A stretch of 64,000 bases of DNA from Bacteroidales bacterium (GTDB lineage: Bacteria; Bacteroidota; Bacteroidia; Bacteroidales; JAADGE01), in contig JAKISF010000005.1 of assembly GCA_021648725.1 (NCBI GenBank), positions 12,375 through 76,374 of the forward strand. Reading direction: 5' to 3'. How positions within the stretch are numbered: the stretch's first letter is position 1; each line of letters opens with the position of its first letter. This document shows positions 44,601-52,693 of the stretch, piece by piece. The notes beneath the pieces were generated by a model, which was not told the DNA's origin, searched no databases, and saw nothing but the letters and a program-made list of their open reading frames with translations. The translations under genes and the position numbers were made by a program.

Positions 44601-44898
44601 ACCTTTAAACTCAGCTCTTTTAAATAATTTTCAAATAATCGGTTTTGCAGATGCAGGTGCTGCATGGTCAGGCTTATCTCCTTTCGACCCCTTAAATGCT
44701 TACAATACTGAAACTGTAAAAACAGGTCCTGTTACGGTAATTATTGATAAAAACAGATGGCCCGTTATTTACGGATACGGTTTTGGGCTGAGAAGTAAAG
44801 TTTTCGGTTATTTTGTACGCTTAGATTGGGCAAGAGGATATGACAGCGGTGTGTTATTACCTCGAATTTTTTATTTTTCTTTAAATTTAGATTTTTAA
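41632..44898 (+). CDS. Large outer-membrane protein: N-terminal domain + TolB/PD40-like beta-propeller + Omp85 (bacterial surface antigen) barrel
   Basis: 1088 aa with a TTG start in the track and a signal peptide. PD40-like repeats are present (ISPDNKYISYVANQSGKFKIYLYD, WHPSGKLLSFFIEEQGRLRMYMYN, YSDDGFLIVFSAVKDAQTDIYIYN). The C-terminus IGFADAGAAWSG...GYGFGLRSKVFGYFVRLDWA...LNLDF is Omp85-like. Confidence 0.55.
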   Translation: MKIIVKYKFILILLFFFSAKVVDAQFYNGHQMTFGKNRVQYLNKYWRYHRYDKFDTYFYKNGDSLSMQIAGIAEVKIPDIENFFGYGIQKRLIFLCYKSLSDFRESNVGYDSGNENSNIGGVTKIIDNKVFIYYEGDKKNLEKQIVEGITKVLINDMLYSGSYTKKFTNSTLIELPEWYEEGLISYLSEEWSFEIENRIKDGFRSKKFKKINRLIGEDAKFAGHSFWYFIGEAYGKDVIPSIIYLTRINKNSDLGFKYVLGLSIKELSPVWKNFYAERFDSFTEETILPDKSTDILKGKKNTVYQRVKISPDNKYISYVANQSGKFKIYLYDKKTGKQKTVIKKGHKLDQITDYSYPVLAWHPSGKLLSFFIEEQGRLRMYMYNVEDNELKRRNIMYFDKILSADYSDDGFLIVFSAVKDAQTDIYIYNVSASNFDRITNDNYVYLNPEFVDKSRKIIFSSDRDNIFENNDYYSPKDLFIYDIKKNEFFRLTNTPYFNDTHPIEVKENKYSSLTDKTGIIGRQIIEYDSTVSYIDTAIHYRYFTNDYLTTDYTSNIESYDINKKDKSSAELIFNRNRFHIYNDIFSYQEKENVAKTYFRKIFTEKVKYKDSINKIEKENERIQQLRLDSLRNNPPSNLLHPDSIPVDINNYVFETERNIEYYKLNPIIDTALETNEDSSEFLPTYNYLTNFYTNHIVQQVDFGLLNSSYQAFTGSAFYFVPGVNIFTKIGIYDLFEDYRVTGGVRLGANLDSYEYLFSLENLKYKIDRQYIYHRQTYTNKLTNSYGYYYLWKMYSNEGMYILKYPFSQVASVKATLSLRHDRVVFLSTDMATLAEPSQYQFFSGAKLEYNYDDVKSLGTNLYDGTRFKIFTEFYQEVDQNYTNLLVLGADFRFYKKIHRNLIFAGRAAGSASFGKSRLLYYLGGVDNWYVINPNKMQFDNSVDINEEQQYVYQAVATNMRGFIQNARNGTNFAVINNEIRFPIVRYLANRPLNSALLNNFQIIGFADAGAAWSGLSPFDPLNAYNTETVKTGPVTVIIDKNRWPVIYGYGFGLRSKVFGYFVRLDWARGYDSGVLLPRIFYFSLNLDF

Positions 44899-44924
44899 AC
44901 AAGCTTATAAAAAAAAATCTTTAA

Positions 44925-46028
44925 ATGATAAATGATAAAACAGTTGCAGTTGTTGTTCCGGCTTATAACGAAGAAACTCAAATAGGTATTGTTATAGAAA
45001 ATATGCCCAATTTTGTTGACAGAATTATTGTAATAAATGATTGCTCAAAAGATAAAACTTCCGATGTTGTTCAAAAATATATTCAAGATAACAATAGAGA
45101 TTATTCTCATCCTAAAATTAAAAAAACTGAGTTAGTTAAAACACTGTATAATCATGCTGATTTTGTAGTTCAGGAAATATTTGAAAAAGAAAAAAATAAT
45201 CTTACATCTTCCGAAATTGCAAATGAGCATCAAGAAAAAGACCGAATTATTTTAATAAATCACAAAAAAAACGGAGGAGTAGGAGCAGCTGTTGCTACCG
45301 GTTTTCAGTGGTGCAGAGAAAATAATATTGATATTACCGCAAAAGTTGACGGCGACGGACAAATGGACCCTGCTGAATTATATAATATTTGCAAACCCGT
45401 TGCAGAAGAAAATATTGATTATGTAAAAGGTAACCGATTGATACATAAAAGTTCAAAACTTGTAATACCCGAGATAAGATATCTCGGCAATTCAGTTTTA
45501 TCAATAATGACAAAAATTGCAAGCGGTTATTGGGCGGTAAGCGATACCCAAACTGCTTTTACTGCAATTTCAAGAAACGGATTAAATTCAATTCGTTTAG
45601 ATAAGCTTTATAAAAAATACGGTTATCCGAATGATATTTTGGTAAAACTAAATATTGCTTCATGCACTTTGAAAGAAGTTGAAATTAAACCTATTTATAA
45701 TGTAGGCGAAAAATCAAAAATGAAAATTTTGAAGTTAATTCCGCGACTTTCATTTTTGTTGTTTAAATCATTCTTTAAACGTTTGTTTGTAAAATATTTT
45801 TTCAGAGATTTTCACCCGCTGTTTTTCTTTTATATATTATCGTTCCTTTTATTTTTAATTGATATTCCTTTTATTGTAGAGTTAATAAAAAATTATACGG
45901 TAAAAGGTGCTGCAACACAAGAAAGTTGGTTGATTATATTCATATTCTTAACAATATCTTCCTTGCAATCATTATTTTTTGCAATGTGGATGGATATTCA
46001 GGATAATGAAAAATTATATAAAAGATAA
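44925..46028 (+). CDS. Family 2 glycosyltransferase with C-terminal TM helices (polyprenyl-phosphate sugar synthase-like)
   Basis: 367 aa with VAVVVPAYNEE, VINDCSKDKT and VDGDGQMDP (DxD). An insertion of about 60 aa lies between the first two motifs. Two to three C-terminal TM helices are present. Confidence 0.7.
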   Translation: MINDKTVAVVVPAYNEETQIGIVIENMPNFVDRIIVINDCSKDKTSDVVQKYIQDNNRDYSHPKIKKTELVKTLYNHADFVVQEIFEKEKNNLTSSEIANEHQEKDRIILINHKKNGGVGAAVATGFQWCRENNIDITAKVDGDGQMDPAELYNICKPVAEENIDYVKGNRLIHKSSKLVIPEIRYLGNSVLSIMTKIASGYWAVSDTQTAFTAISRNGLNSIRLDKLYKKYGYPNDILVKLNIASCTLKEVEIKPIYNVGEKSKMKILKLIPRLSFLLFKSFFKRLFVKYFFRDFHPLFFFYILSFLLFLIDIPFIVELIKNYTVKGAATQESWLIIFIFLTISSLQSLFFAMWMDIQDNEKLYKR

Positions 46029-46031
46029 ATA

Positions 46032-46916
46032 TTGATGAAAACTAAATTGTTGTTCAATATTCTGCTTTATTTATCATTAATTTTTCTCGTAGTATATTTG
46101 TACAGGCTTAATGTTGATGAGGTTAAGGGCTTAGATGTCAATGTGTTATATTTGCTGGTATCATTGTTATTTCTTTGGGGCGGTTTTTATTTAAGTACAT
46201 TGAGCTGGTGGTATGTATTAAAAAAACATAATATAAATATCTCAAAAAGAACTTCTTTAAAGTCACACGGTCTTTCTGTTTTTGCAAAATACATCCCGGG
46301 AAAAATTTGGGTTGTGTTAGGTCGTGCGGCAAAGGCAACTGAGCAAAAATATTCTGTTAAAACGGCATCTTTTGCTTCTTTAAAAGAGCAGTTGTTATAT
46401 GTTTGGCTCGGTTTATTGATAAGTGCACTTCCATTGTTTTTGTACAGAGGGATTGATATTTTTTCAATAAGCGTTTCGGTTTTATTTGTCGGAATAAGTT
46501 TTATTAATTTTTCTGATAAATTCAGAATTTTTGTAATTTGGTCTTTGAAAAAAGTTTTAAAAAAAGATATTGAAATACCGCATATATCATTTAAAAAGAA
46601 TTTAAAACTACTTGTATATATTTTTATTTATTGGACTTCCTGGATTATTGCTTTCTACTTTTTATCTCTTTCATTATATCCCGATACAACCGTTCAAATA
46701 GGATTTATTTTTCCTCTCAGCGTAACTATAGGTTTATTGGCTGTTATTGTTCCCGGCGGAATAGGTGTAAGGGAAGGAATAATGGTTACATTTATGGTGC
46801 TCAGCGGGATGCCTGTTGAAATTGCGGTAAGTATTTCGGTAGTTTCCAGAATTTGGTATATAAGCGGTGAATTATTTATTTTCTTATCGGCAGTTTTTGT
46901 TAAAAAGAGCAATTAA
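46032..46916 (+). CDS. UPF0104 / lysyl-PG-synthase-TM (flippase-like) membrane protein
   Basis: 294 aa with about 8 TM helices. YIPGKIWVVLGRA and IVPGGIGVREG match the family's conserved loops as I remember them. An ATG at 46035 is the probable start. The gene begins 3 nt after the GT2 stop. Confidence 0.5.
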   Translation: MMKTKLLFNILLYLSLIFLVVYLYRLNVDEVKGLDVNVLYLLVSLLFLWGGFYLSTLSWWYVLKKHNINISKRTSLKSHGLSVFAKYIPGKIWVVLGRAAKATEQKYSVKTASFASLKEQLLYVWLGLLISALPLFLYRGIDIFSISVSVLFVGISFINFSDKFRIFVIWSLKKVLKKDIEIPHISFKKNLKLLVYIFIYWTSWIIAFYFLSLSLYPDTTVQIGFIFPLSVTIGLLAVIVPGGIGVREGIMVTFMVLSGMPVEIAVSISVVSRIWYISGELFIFLSAVFVKKSN

Positions 46917-48709
46917 AAAGTATCTGTATATTTCTCGGAATAATTATTATAAATACTGTTTGCTTCATTAATTAATGCCGATTTATATGAAATTCCTTGT
47001 TTTTTTGCTTTTCTCTCAACTTCCTTTTTCCACGAAGAGCAATTATTAATGTAACTTGTATAGTGATTTATTTTCAGCTGTTTAAAATATTTTCCGGCTT
47101 TATGTTCTTTAATTATGCTCTCGGCATATTTTGAATATATGCTGTCTGTGTTTGTGCTAATATTTTCTTGGTTTTTCAAAATACTGTCTGACAGTGATTT
47201 GTTGGATTTTACATCTTCCAATATTGCATTTACCAACATTTCATCAGTAATTACGGCATTTCTGTCATTTTCATGAGTAAATTCATAAATCCCTTTCCTT
47301 GCTTTGTCATAATCAGGTCTTTGTGCAATTTTCCAATATTTGCAAGTTGCATTTAAATGTAAGAAATTTTCCCAATAGGCTTCTTTGCTCATCCACCAAA
47401 AGTGAATTGCACCTTTGCGATATTGCTGTATTTGAAATTGATTAAAAGCCGTTAAAGTAAACAATATTGTAATTGTGATTATATTAATAATTTTGTTCTT
47501 TTTTACTTGTGTAAGCAAAGCTGCTAACGGAATTGCCGTCAAACCGTACATATCAACCATTGATCTTTGTCCGAAAGAACCTCCGAACCACCAACTCCAC
47601 CACGATGAAAGTATATAAATATTTAATATCAATACAGTTAATATTGCTGTTGAAAATTTGTTTTTATCTTTAAATAAAGCAAAAAAACCGAATGTTGCAA
47701 AAAGCATTAAAGGAGTATATATAAACCAACCTTTTTTATAACTGAATAAAAAGTTTGTGATTTGGGGGTTATTAAAAAAGAATTGTTCGTTCGATTCTCC
47801 GTATGAAAAATATAAAATTTTACCTGAAACATAAAACCAATATGCAAATTGAGGTATCCAAATAATTACGAAAGATAAAACCATTACCAAAACTAAGTGC
47901 CAATGTTTCAGCAAATTGGCGATACTTTCTTTTAGGGTTTTGAAATTTGTAACACCGTATAACGGAATTAATAATAATATAATAATATTTGTAGGTCTTA
48001 CTAAAGCAATTAATCCGCCTGTAAGACCTAAGAAAATTGAATTTTTAATGTTTTTAGAATCGTGCCATTTTATTAATAAATAAACAAATAAAGTAATTAA
48101 AAAGAAGTTGTATGAATGTGACATCGGAGCTTCGTATGTAACATAATAAAATAAGTTTGTTCCTGCTCCGATAAAGAATAAAGTAAGTGCCGTAATTTTA
48201 TCATCATAAAATTTTAAAAGAACTTTTCTCAGAATAAACAGTGCTAAAATGAAATAAATATATGCACTAAATGTTAATGCGATATGATAAGGCAAACTGT
48301 ATCCGTCAGCATTATATTTAGGGTGTATTTTTGCAACGGCATGGCCTATAAAAAAGAAAGGACTGTATAAAATTGATAAACCTATTGAAGTTTTAATTGT
48401 TTTTTTACCTTTCGGCGACTTCATTGTCCATATCCATTTATTAAAATCAATTTCATTGTTTTTTTCAGTAAATTCAAATGATAAATCGTTATAAATAAAT
48501 GTTGCCGGCAAGTATGCGTAATATGATTTTATATCCCAAACAATTACCCCTTCGTCTTTTGAATAATTATGATGATTAAAATTTACAAAGGGTATAGCGA
48601 TTATAAATAAAAGGATTACATATTTACTGTGTAAGTTTTTTTTCAATCTTTCCGTAAAGTTCATCAGGTTTATTGTGTAAGAAATAATAACGAAATTTTT
48701 AAAATGCAA
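46913..48709 (-). CDS. Polytopic membrane protein, GT-C-fold glycosyltransferase-like (ArnT/PMT-like), with C-terminal soluble domain
   Basis: 598 aa. An alternative start at 48664 (MNFTERL) is plausible. The first extracytoplasmic loop carries acidic/aromatic residues (VWDIKSYYAYLPA), more than 10 TM helices follow, and a soluble tail of about 150 aa ends the protein. The call rests on architecture, not on a strict motif. Confidence 0.4.
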   Translation of the reverse strand: MHFKNFVIISYTINLMNFTERLKKNLHSKYVILLFIIAIPFVNFNHHNYSKDEGVIVWDIKSYYAYLPATFIYNDLSFEFTEKNNEIDFNKWIWTMKSPKGKKTIKTSIGLSILYSPFFFIGHAVAKIHPKYNADGYSLPYHIALTFSAYIYFILALFILRKVLLKFYDDKITALTLFFIGAGTNLFYYVTYEAPMSHSYNFFLITLFVYLLIKWHDSKNIKNSIFLGLTGGLIALVRPTNIIILLLIPLYGVTNFKTLKESIANLLKHWHLVLVMVLSFVIIWIPQFAYWFYVSGKILYFSYGESNEQFFFNNPQITNFLFSYKKGWFIYTPLMLFATFGFFALFKDKNKFSTAILTVLILNIYILSSWWSWWFGGSFGQRSMVDMYGLTAIPLAALLTQVKKNKIINIITITILFTLTAFNQFQIQQYRKGAIHFWWMSKEAYWENFLHLNATCKYWKIAQRPDYDKARKGIYEFTHENDRNAVITDEMLVNAILEDVKSNKSLSDSILKNQENISTNTDSIYSKYAESIIKEHKAGKYFKQLKINHYTSYINNCSSWKKEVERKAKKQGISYKSALINEANSIYNNYSEKYTDTF

Positions 48710-48775
48710 ATATATGAATTTAAAGTTTTAATTATTAATTTCACGATTTATTGTTGAGAATGTAAATGTCTTGAA

Positions 48776-50398
48776 ATGAGTGTGTCAAAAAAGCTTTTTT
48801 ATATATTAACTGTATTTATTAATCTGCTTCTGGTTTTTGCAACGTTTTCTTCGATGAAAGAAGGAGATTTTAGAACATATTTTAATTCGGACACTTTATA
48901 TTTAGGTTCATTATATAAAGATATTTTTATTGACGGAACAGGTTTTAAAGGTTGGTACTTAAATGCTGCACCAAACTTTTTTCCGGATATGTTTTTGTAC
49001 TTTATTGTCAACTTTCTTTTTAGCGATTTTAGAGTTGCGTACATTGTATTTAGTTTTGTACAATACTTCTTAATCTTATTTCTGTTAAATGTTTTACTTA
49101 AATCAATAAATAAAGAAATAAAAAATGAGTACTTGGTTTTATTAAATTTATTATTCCCGATTTTTTTGTTAGTTGCCTTAATTTCAGGTAATTATTTATA
49201 TACATATTTTGTTTTTAGCCATAGTTTTCATACCGGAGTTTTTATCAATTTCTTATTAGCATCAATTCTTTTTTTCAAAAGTTTCAAAAGTAATAATATA
49301 TTCTTTTTATTGTTGCTCAGTATCATCACCATCATCGGAACATATAACGACAGACTTTTTTTGGTCTTATTTTCAGTTCCGGTATTGTCAGTATTTCTGT
49401 TTAATTTGTTTTTTATAAAGAATAAGCAAATAAAAATAAGCGGTTTTGCGGTTATTTTGTCAACTGTTTTATCATTAGTTCTGTTTAAATATACGAATAC
49501 AAATAATGTTTTTACATGTATCAGTTTAGATCAAAAATATATGAACTTTGATAATATCCTTATATCGCTTGATAATTTAATAAGCCAGCATATAAGATAT
49601 ATTAAAGAACTAAGGTTACAAGGTTTTATTTCGATAATTGCAGGTATTAACTTTTTTATTTTACCTGTTTTTATTATAAAAAAGTATAAAAAATATAAGC
49701 AACATATTTCAGAAAATAAGTTTATTGCTCAGGAGGTTTTTTATTTGGTGTTTATTTTTATTTCAATATTCTTAACCCTTTTTACACCTGTTATTAACGG
49801 ATATTATTTGGGAGAAGGACATTTGCGATATAATATATTTTCTTTTTATTTGAGTGTATTTAATATTGTATTCTTTCTTTATTTTGTTGTAAAAAACAGA
49901 AAAATATACATTTATTCGGTATCGGCAGTTATTTTTATTTTTTATACTTTTTCAATCATAAAAGTTGATAATGAAAAAGGGTTGTTTTCCGGAGTAAAAA
50001 AACTTGGGACATTTTATCCTGAAAAGGTTAGAATAATTGATGAATTTGCAGTTGAAAATAATTTAAAATTCGGTTTGTCTGAATATTGGGACGCAAAATA
50101 TACAATTATGTTTTCAAAAAATAATTTAAGGGTATATACGGTTATAAATGAGAAATTAGATCCGTGGTATCATGTTATGAACAAAAATTGGTATTTTGAT
50201 TATGATAAAGGAAGATATAACAAACCTTTATTCAGTTTTATTTTAACAAATAAATTCGATGCAAATAAGATAAAAGCTAATTTCGGAGAACCTGTTGACA
50301 GTTTGATGTATGAAAACAAAACTATTTTATATGTAATGAATAATATTAAATTCAAAAGGGAAAATAATAAAGCTTATTTGGTAAATGATGAGAAGTGA
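48776..50398 (+). CDS. Polytopic membrane protein, possibly second GT-C-like transferase
   Basis: 540 aa. The first loop is DTLYLGSLYKDIFIDGTGFKGW. There are many TM helices and a soluble C-terminal domain of about 130 aa. The call rests on architecture only. Confidence 0.3.
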   Translation: MSVSKKLFYILTVFINLLLVFATFSSMKEGDFRTYFNSDTLYLGSLYKDIFIDGTGFKGWYLNAAPNFFPDMFLYFIVNFLFSDFRVAYIVFSFVQYFLILFLLNVLLKSINKEIKNEYLVLLNLLFPIFLLVALISGNYLYTYFVFSHSFHTGVFINFLLASILFFKSFKSNNIFFLLLLSIITIIGTYNDRLFLVLFSVPVLSVFLFNLFFIKNKQIKISGFAVILSTVLSLVLFKYTNTNNVFTCISLDQKYMNFDNILISLDNLISQHIRYIKELRLQGFISIIAGINFFILPVFIIKKYKKYKQHISENKFIAQEVFYLVFIFISIFLTLFTPVINGYYLGEGHLRYNIFSFYLSVFNIVFFLYFVVKNRKIYIYSVSAVIFIFYTFSIIKVDNEKGLFSGVKKLGTFYPEKVRIIDEFAVENNLKFGLSEYWDAKYTIMFSKNNLRVYTVINEKLDPWYHVMNKNWYFDYDKGRYNKPLFSFILTNKFDANKIKANFGEPVDSLMYENKTILYVMNNIKFKRENNKAYLVNDEK

Positions 50399-50415
50399 AG
50401 ATATAAAATTCTTAT

Positions 50416-51324
50416 TTAACATCTGTCTTTTATAAAATAGTGAGGTCTGTTTTTTGATTCGTTAAAAATTCTTGAAATATATTCTCCTATTATGCCGATG
50501 CTTAACAGTTGAAAGCCTCCTAATATTAATATTACCAACATAGTTGAAGCCCAGCCGGAAGCAGTATTTCCGGTAAAAAACATTATTAAAATATAGATTG
50601 AATATAAAAAACCGAATATTAATGATGTAACGCCTAATATTGTGCTGAATTTTAACGGTTTTGATGAAAAAGAAGTTATACCGTCAAATGCAAAGCGTAG
50701 CATTTTTCGAAAAGTATATTTCGATTTTCCTGTCATGCGTTCCGGAGCTTCAAATTCGATAATTGATTGTTTAAACCCCATCCACTTAATAAGTCCTCTT
50801 GTAAATCTGTCTTTTTCGTCAATTTTCAAAAAAGCATCAACGGTTTTCTTGTTCATTAATCTGAAATCGGAAGAAGCATGTTCAATTTTTACATCGGTTA
50901 ACTTATTTAGGATTTTATAATACCATTTTGAAGTAATTTTTTTCAAATGTTTGGCATCGGCAGTAGAAATACGCCGAGTATTAACAATATCAAAACCTTT
51001 TTGAGATTCTTCAATAAGTTTCGGTATTATTTCGGGAGGATGTTGCCCGTCGGCATCCATTGTAATTACAATATCATTTCGAGCTTCTTTTAAGCCTGCG
51101 AGTAAAGCTGTTTGGTGTCCGAAGTTTCTGGAAAAAGAGATTCCCTTAACTTTTTTATCTTTCTCCGATAATTTTTGAATTTCATTAAATGTATTATCAT
51201 TACTTCCGTCATCAATAAAAATACATTCATATTCATAATCAGATAATGCTTCTTTTATTTGAGAATATAAAAGAGATATATTTTTTTCTTCATTATATGC
51301 GGGAATGACTATACTAAGTTTCAT
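50416..51324 (-). CDS. Family 2 glycosyltransferase, GtrB/ArnC-like polyprenyl-phosphate glycosyltransferase
   Basis: 302 aa with LSIVIPAYNEE, IFIDDGSNDNT and TMDADGQHPP. Two C-terminal TM helices are followed by GEYISRIF, the classic GtrB/ArnC layout. Confidence 0.75.
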   Translation of the reverse strand: MKLSIVIPAYNEEKNISLLYSQIKEALSDYEYECIFIDDGSNDNTFNEIQKLSEKDKKVKGISFSRNFGHQTALLAGLKEARNDIVITMDADGQHPPEIIPKLIEESQKGFDIVNTRRISTADAKHLKKITSKWYYKILNKLTDVKIEHASSDFRLMNKKTVDAFLKIDEKDRFTRGLIKWMGFKQSIIEFEAPERMTGKSKYTFRKMLRFAFDGITSFSSKPLKFSTILGVTSLIFGFLYSIYILIMFFTGNTASGWASTMLVILILGGFQLLSIGIIGEYISRIFNESKNRPHYFIKDRC

Positions 51325-51337
51325 TTTAACGAGTATT

Positions 51338-52687
51338 TTAATAATAATAAACTTTTAAACTGTCAATATAAAATTCTGTATTTTTTAAATTGTCAATATA
51401 AATTAATAAAGTATCAGTTTCTGCGTAATTTTCAGGAAATTTATAATCTAAATACAATTTGCACCATTTTTTAGAAACAGTGGTGTAATTCGTATTAATT
51501 TCAACTTTATGATTGTTAATTTTGCATGCAAATATTGCTTCGGTAAGCGAGTCAGTATAGTAAACGTTTAGCGATGTTTTAATTTTATTGATATTATTTT
51601 CTTTTGCTTTCTTCAGAACTTCGGAAAAGATTATTGTTTTTACCGAGTTTGAATCATTTTCTTGATTCTCTTTTATAAATAATGAAAGAGTATTTAAACT
51701 GTCAGATTTAAAAAGTTTTTCTTCAGTAAATTTGCAATTTTTAATTGTGTAAATATCATTTATTTTTAAACCCGATTGATATTTTGTTAGAATGTTGTTA
51801 TTTTTAATTTTATCGGCAACTTCTTCTGATAATCTTATTGCACTTTCTTTGTTTAAATGGCTTCCGTCGTAACTTTCATAACTGTTTTCAATATTAATCC
51901 ATAAACCGCCGGCATTGAAAAATCCTCTTAAAAAAGTATCAGGTTTAAATTTTCCGACGTTTTTCTCGAGTTCTTCCATATTTATTGAAGAGGGCACAAA
52001 AAAGCCGTAAACTTTAATTCCTTTTGATTTCCATTCCTTAACTTTTAGGTATAGGTTATTAATAACTTCCCGTGAAATTTCAGTTTCGCTGAATGTTTTT
52101 TTATAACTTTCAAGAGCATGGTAAGGAAAAGGACTGTCATACCACGAAGCTACCCAGCCGTCTTCAATATAAAATTCTTGATGATATTTATTAAATCCTT
52201 TTTCTGTTAAATTTTTTCTTATTTGAGCGGGCGAAGTAGGTGCAAAGAAATTTTTTACGGGGAATAAATATTTGTATTCTAATATTTCTTCTTTCTTTTT
52301 CTTTAGAATTCTTTTAATATGCCCGTTTTCTGATGCCTTTTTACTTAATGAAAGAGGAGTTATTCCTAAAATTATTATTTTTTCTTTACTGTTTAGATTT
52401 ATTCGCTTATCAATTAAGTCAAATAATAAATTACTGTGACCGCCTGATGAGAATCCTAAATTAATTGCAGAAGATTTTAATTTACCGCCTATTATTTTTG
52501 AGGAAATACCTCTGTAAATCCTTGAGTCTCCGGCAATAATAATGTCATATTTTTCGGAAGTTCTTACTTTGTGAACAAAAAGGGCTTTATATGCTTCGTC
52601 ATCAATTTTATTATCGGTAATAATTGCAACGGCGGAAGCAAAAATTAGTGAAACTATAATTGTTATGATTACGTTCTTGCTGAGCAT
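51338..52687 (-). CDS. Membrane-anchored SGNH/AlgJ/DltD-like partner of the upstream MBOAT, with extra C-terminal domain
   Basis: 449 aa with an N-terminal TM helix and IIIAGDSRIYRG, a GDS-like block. It starts 6 nt after the MBOAT stop. The C-terminal 130 aa or so are unassigned. Confidence 0.45.
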   Translation of the reverse strand: MLSKNVIITIIVSLIFASAVAIITDNKIDDEAYKALFVHKVRTSEKYDIIIAGDSRIYRGISSKIIGGKLKSSAINLGFSSGGHSNLLFDLIDKRINLNSKEKIIILGITPLSLSKKASENGHIKRILKKKKEEILEYKYLFPVKNFFAPTSPAQIRKNLTEKGFNKYHQEFYIEDGWVASWYDSPFPYHALESYKKTFSETEISREVINNLYLKVKEWKSKGIKVYGFFVPSSINMEELEKNVGKFKPDTFLRGFFNAGGLWINIENSYESYDGSHLNKESAIRLSEEVADKIKNNNILTKYQSGLKINDIYTIKNCKFTEEKLFKSDSLNTLSLFIKENQENDSNSVKTIIFSEVLKKAKENNINKIKTSLNVYYTDSLTEAIFACKINNHKVEINTNYTTVSKKWCKLYLDYKFPENYAETDTLLIYIDNLKNTEFYIDSLKVYYY

Positions 52688-52693
52688 ACAAGT

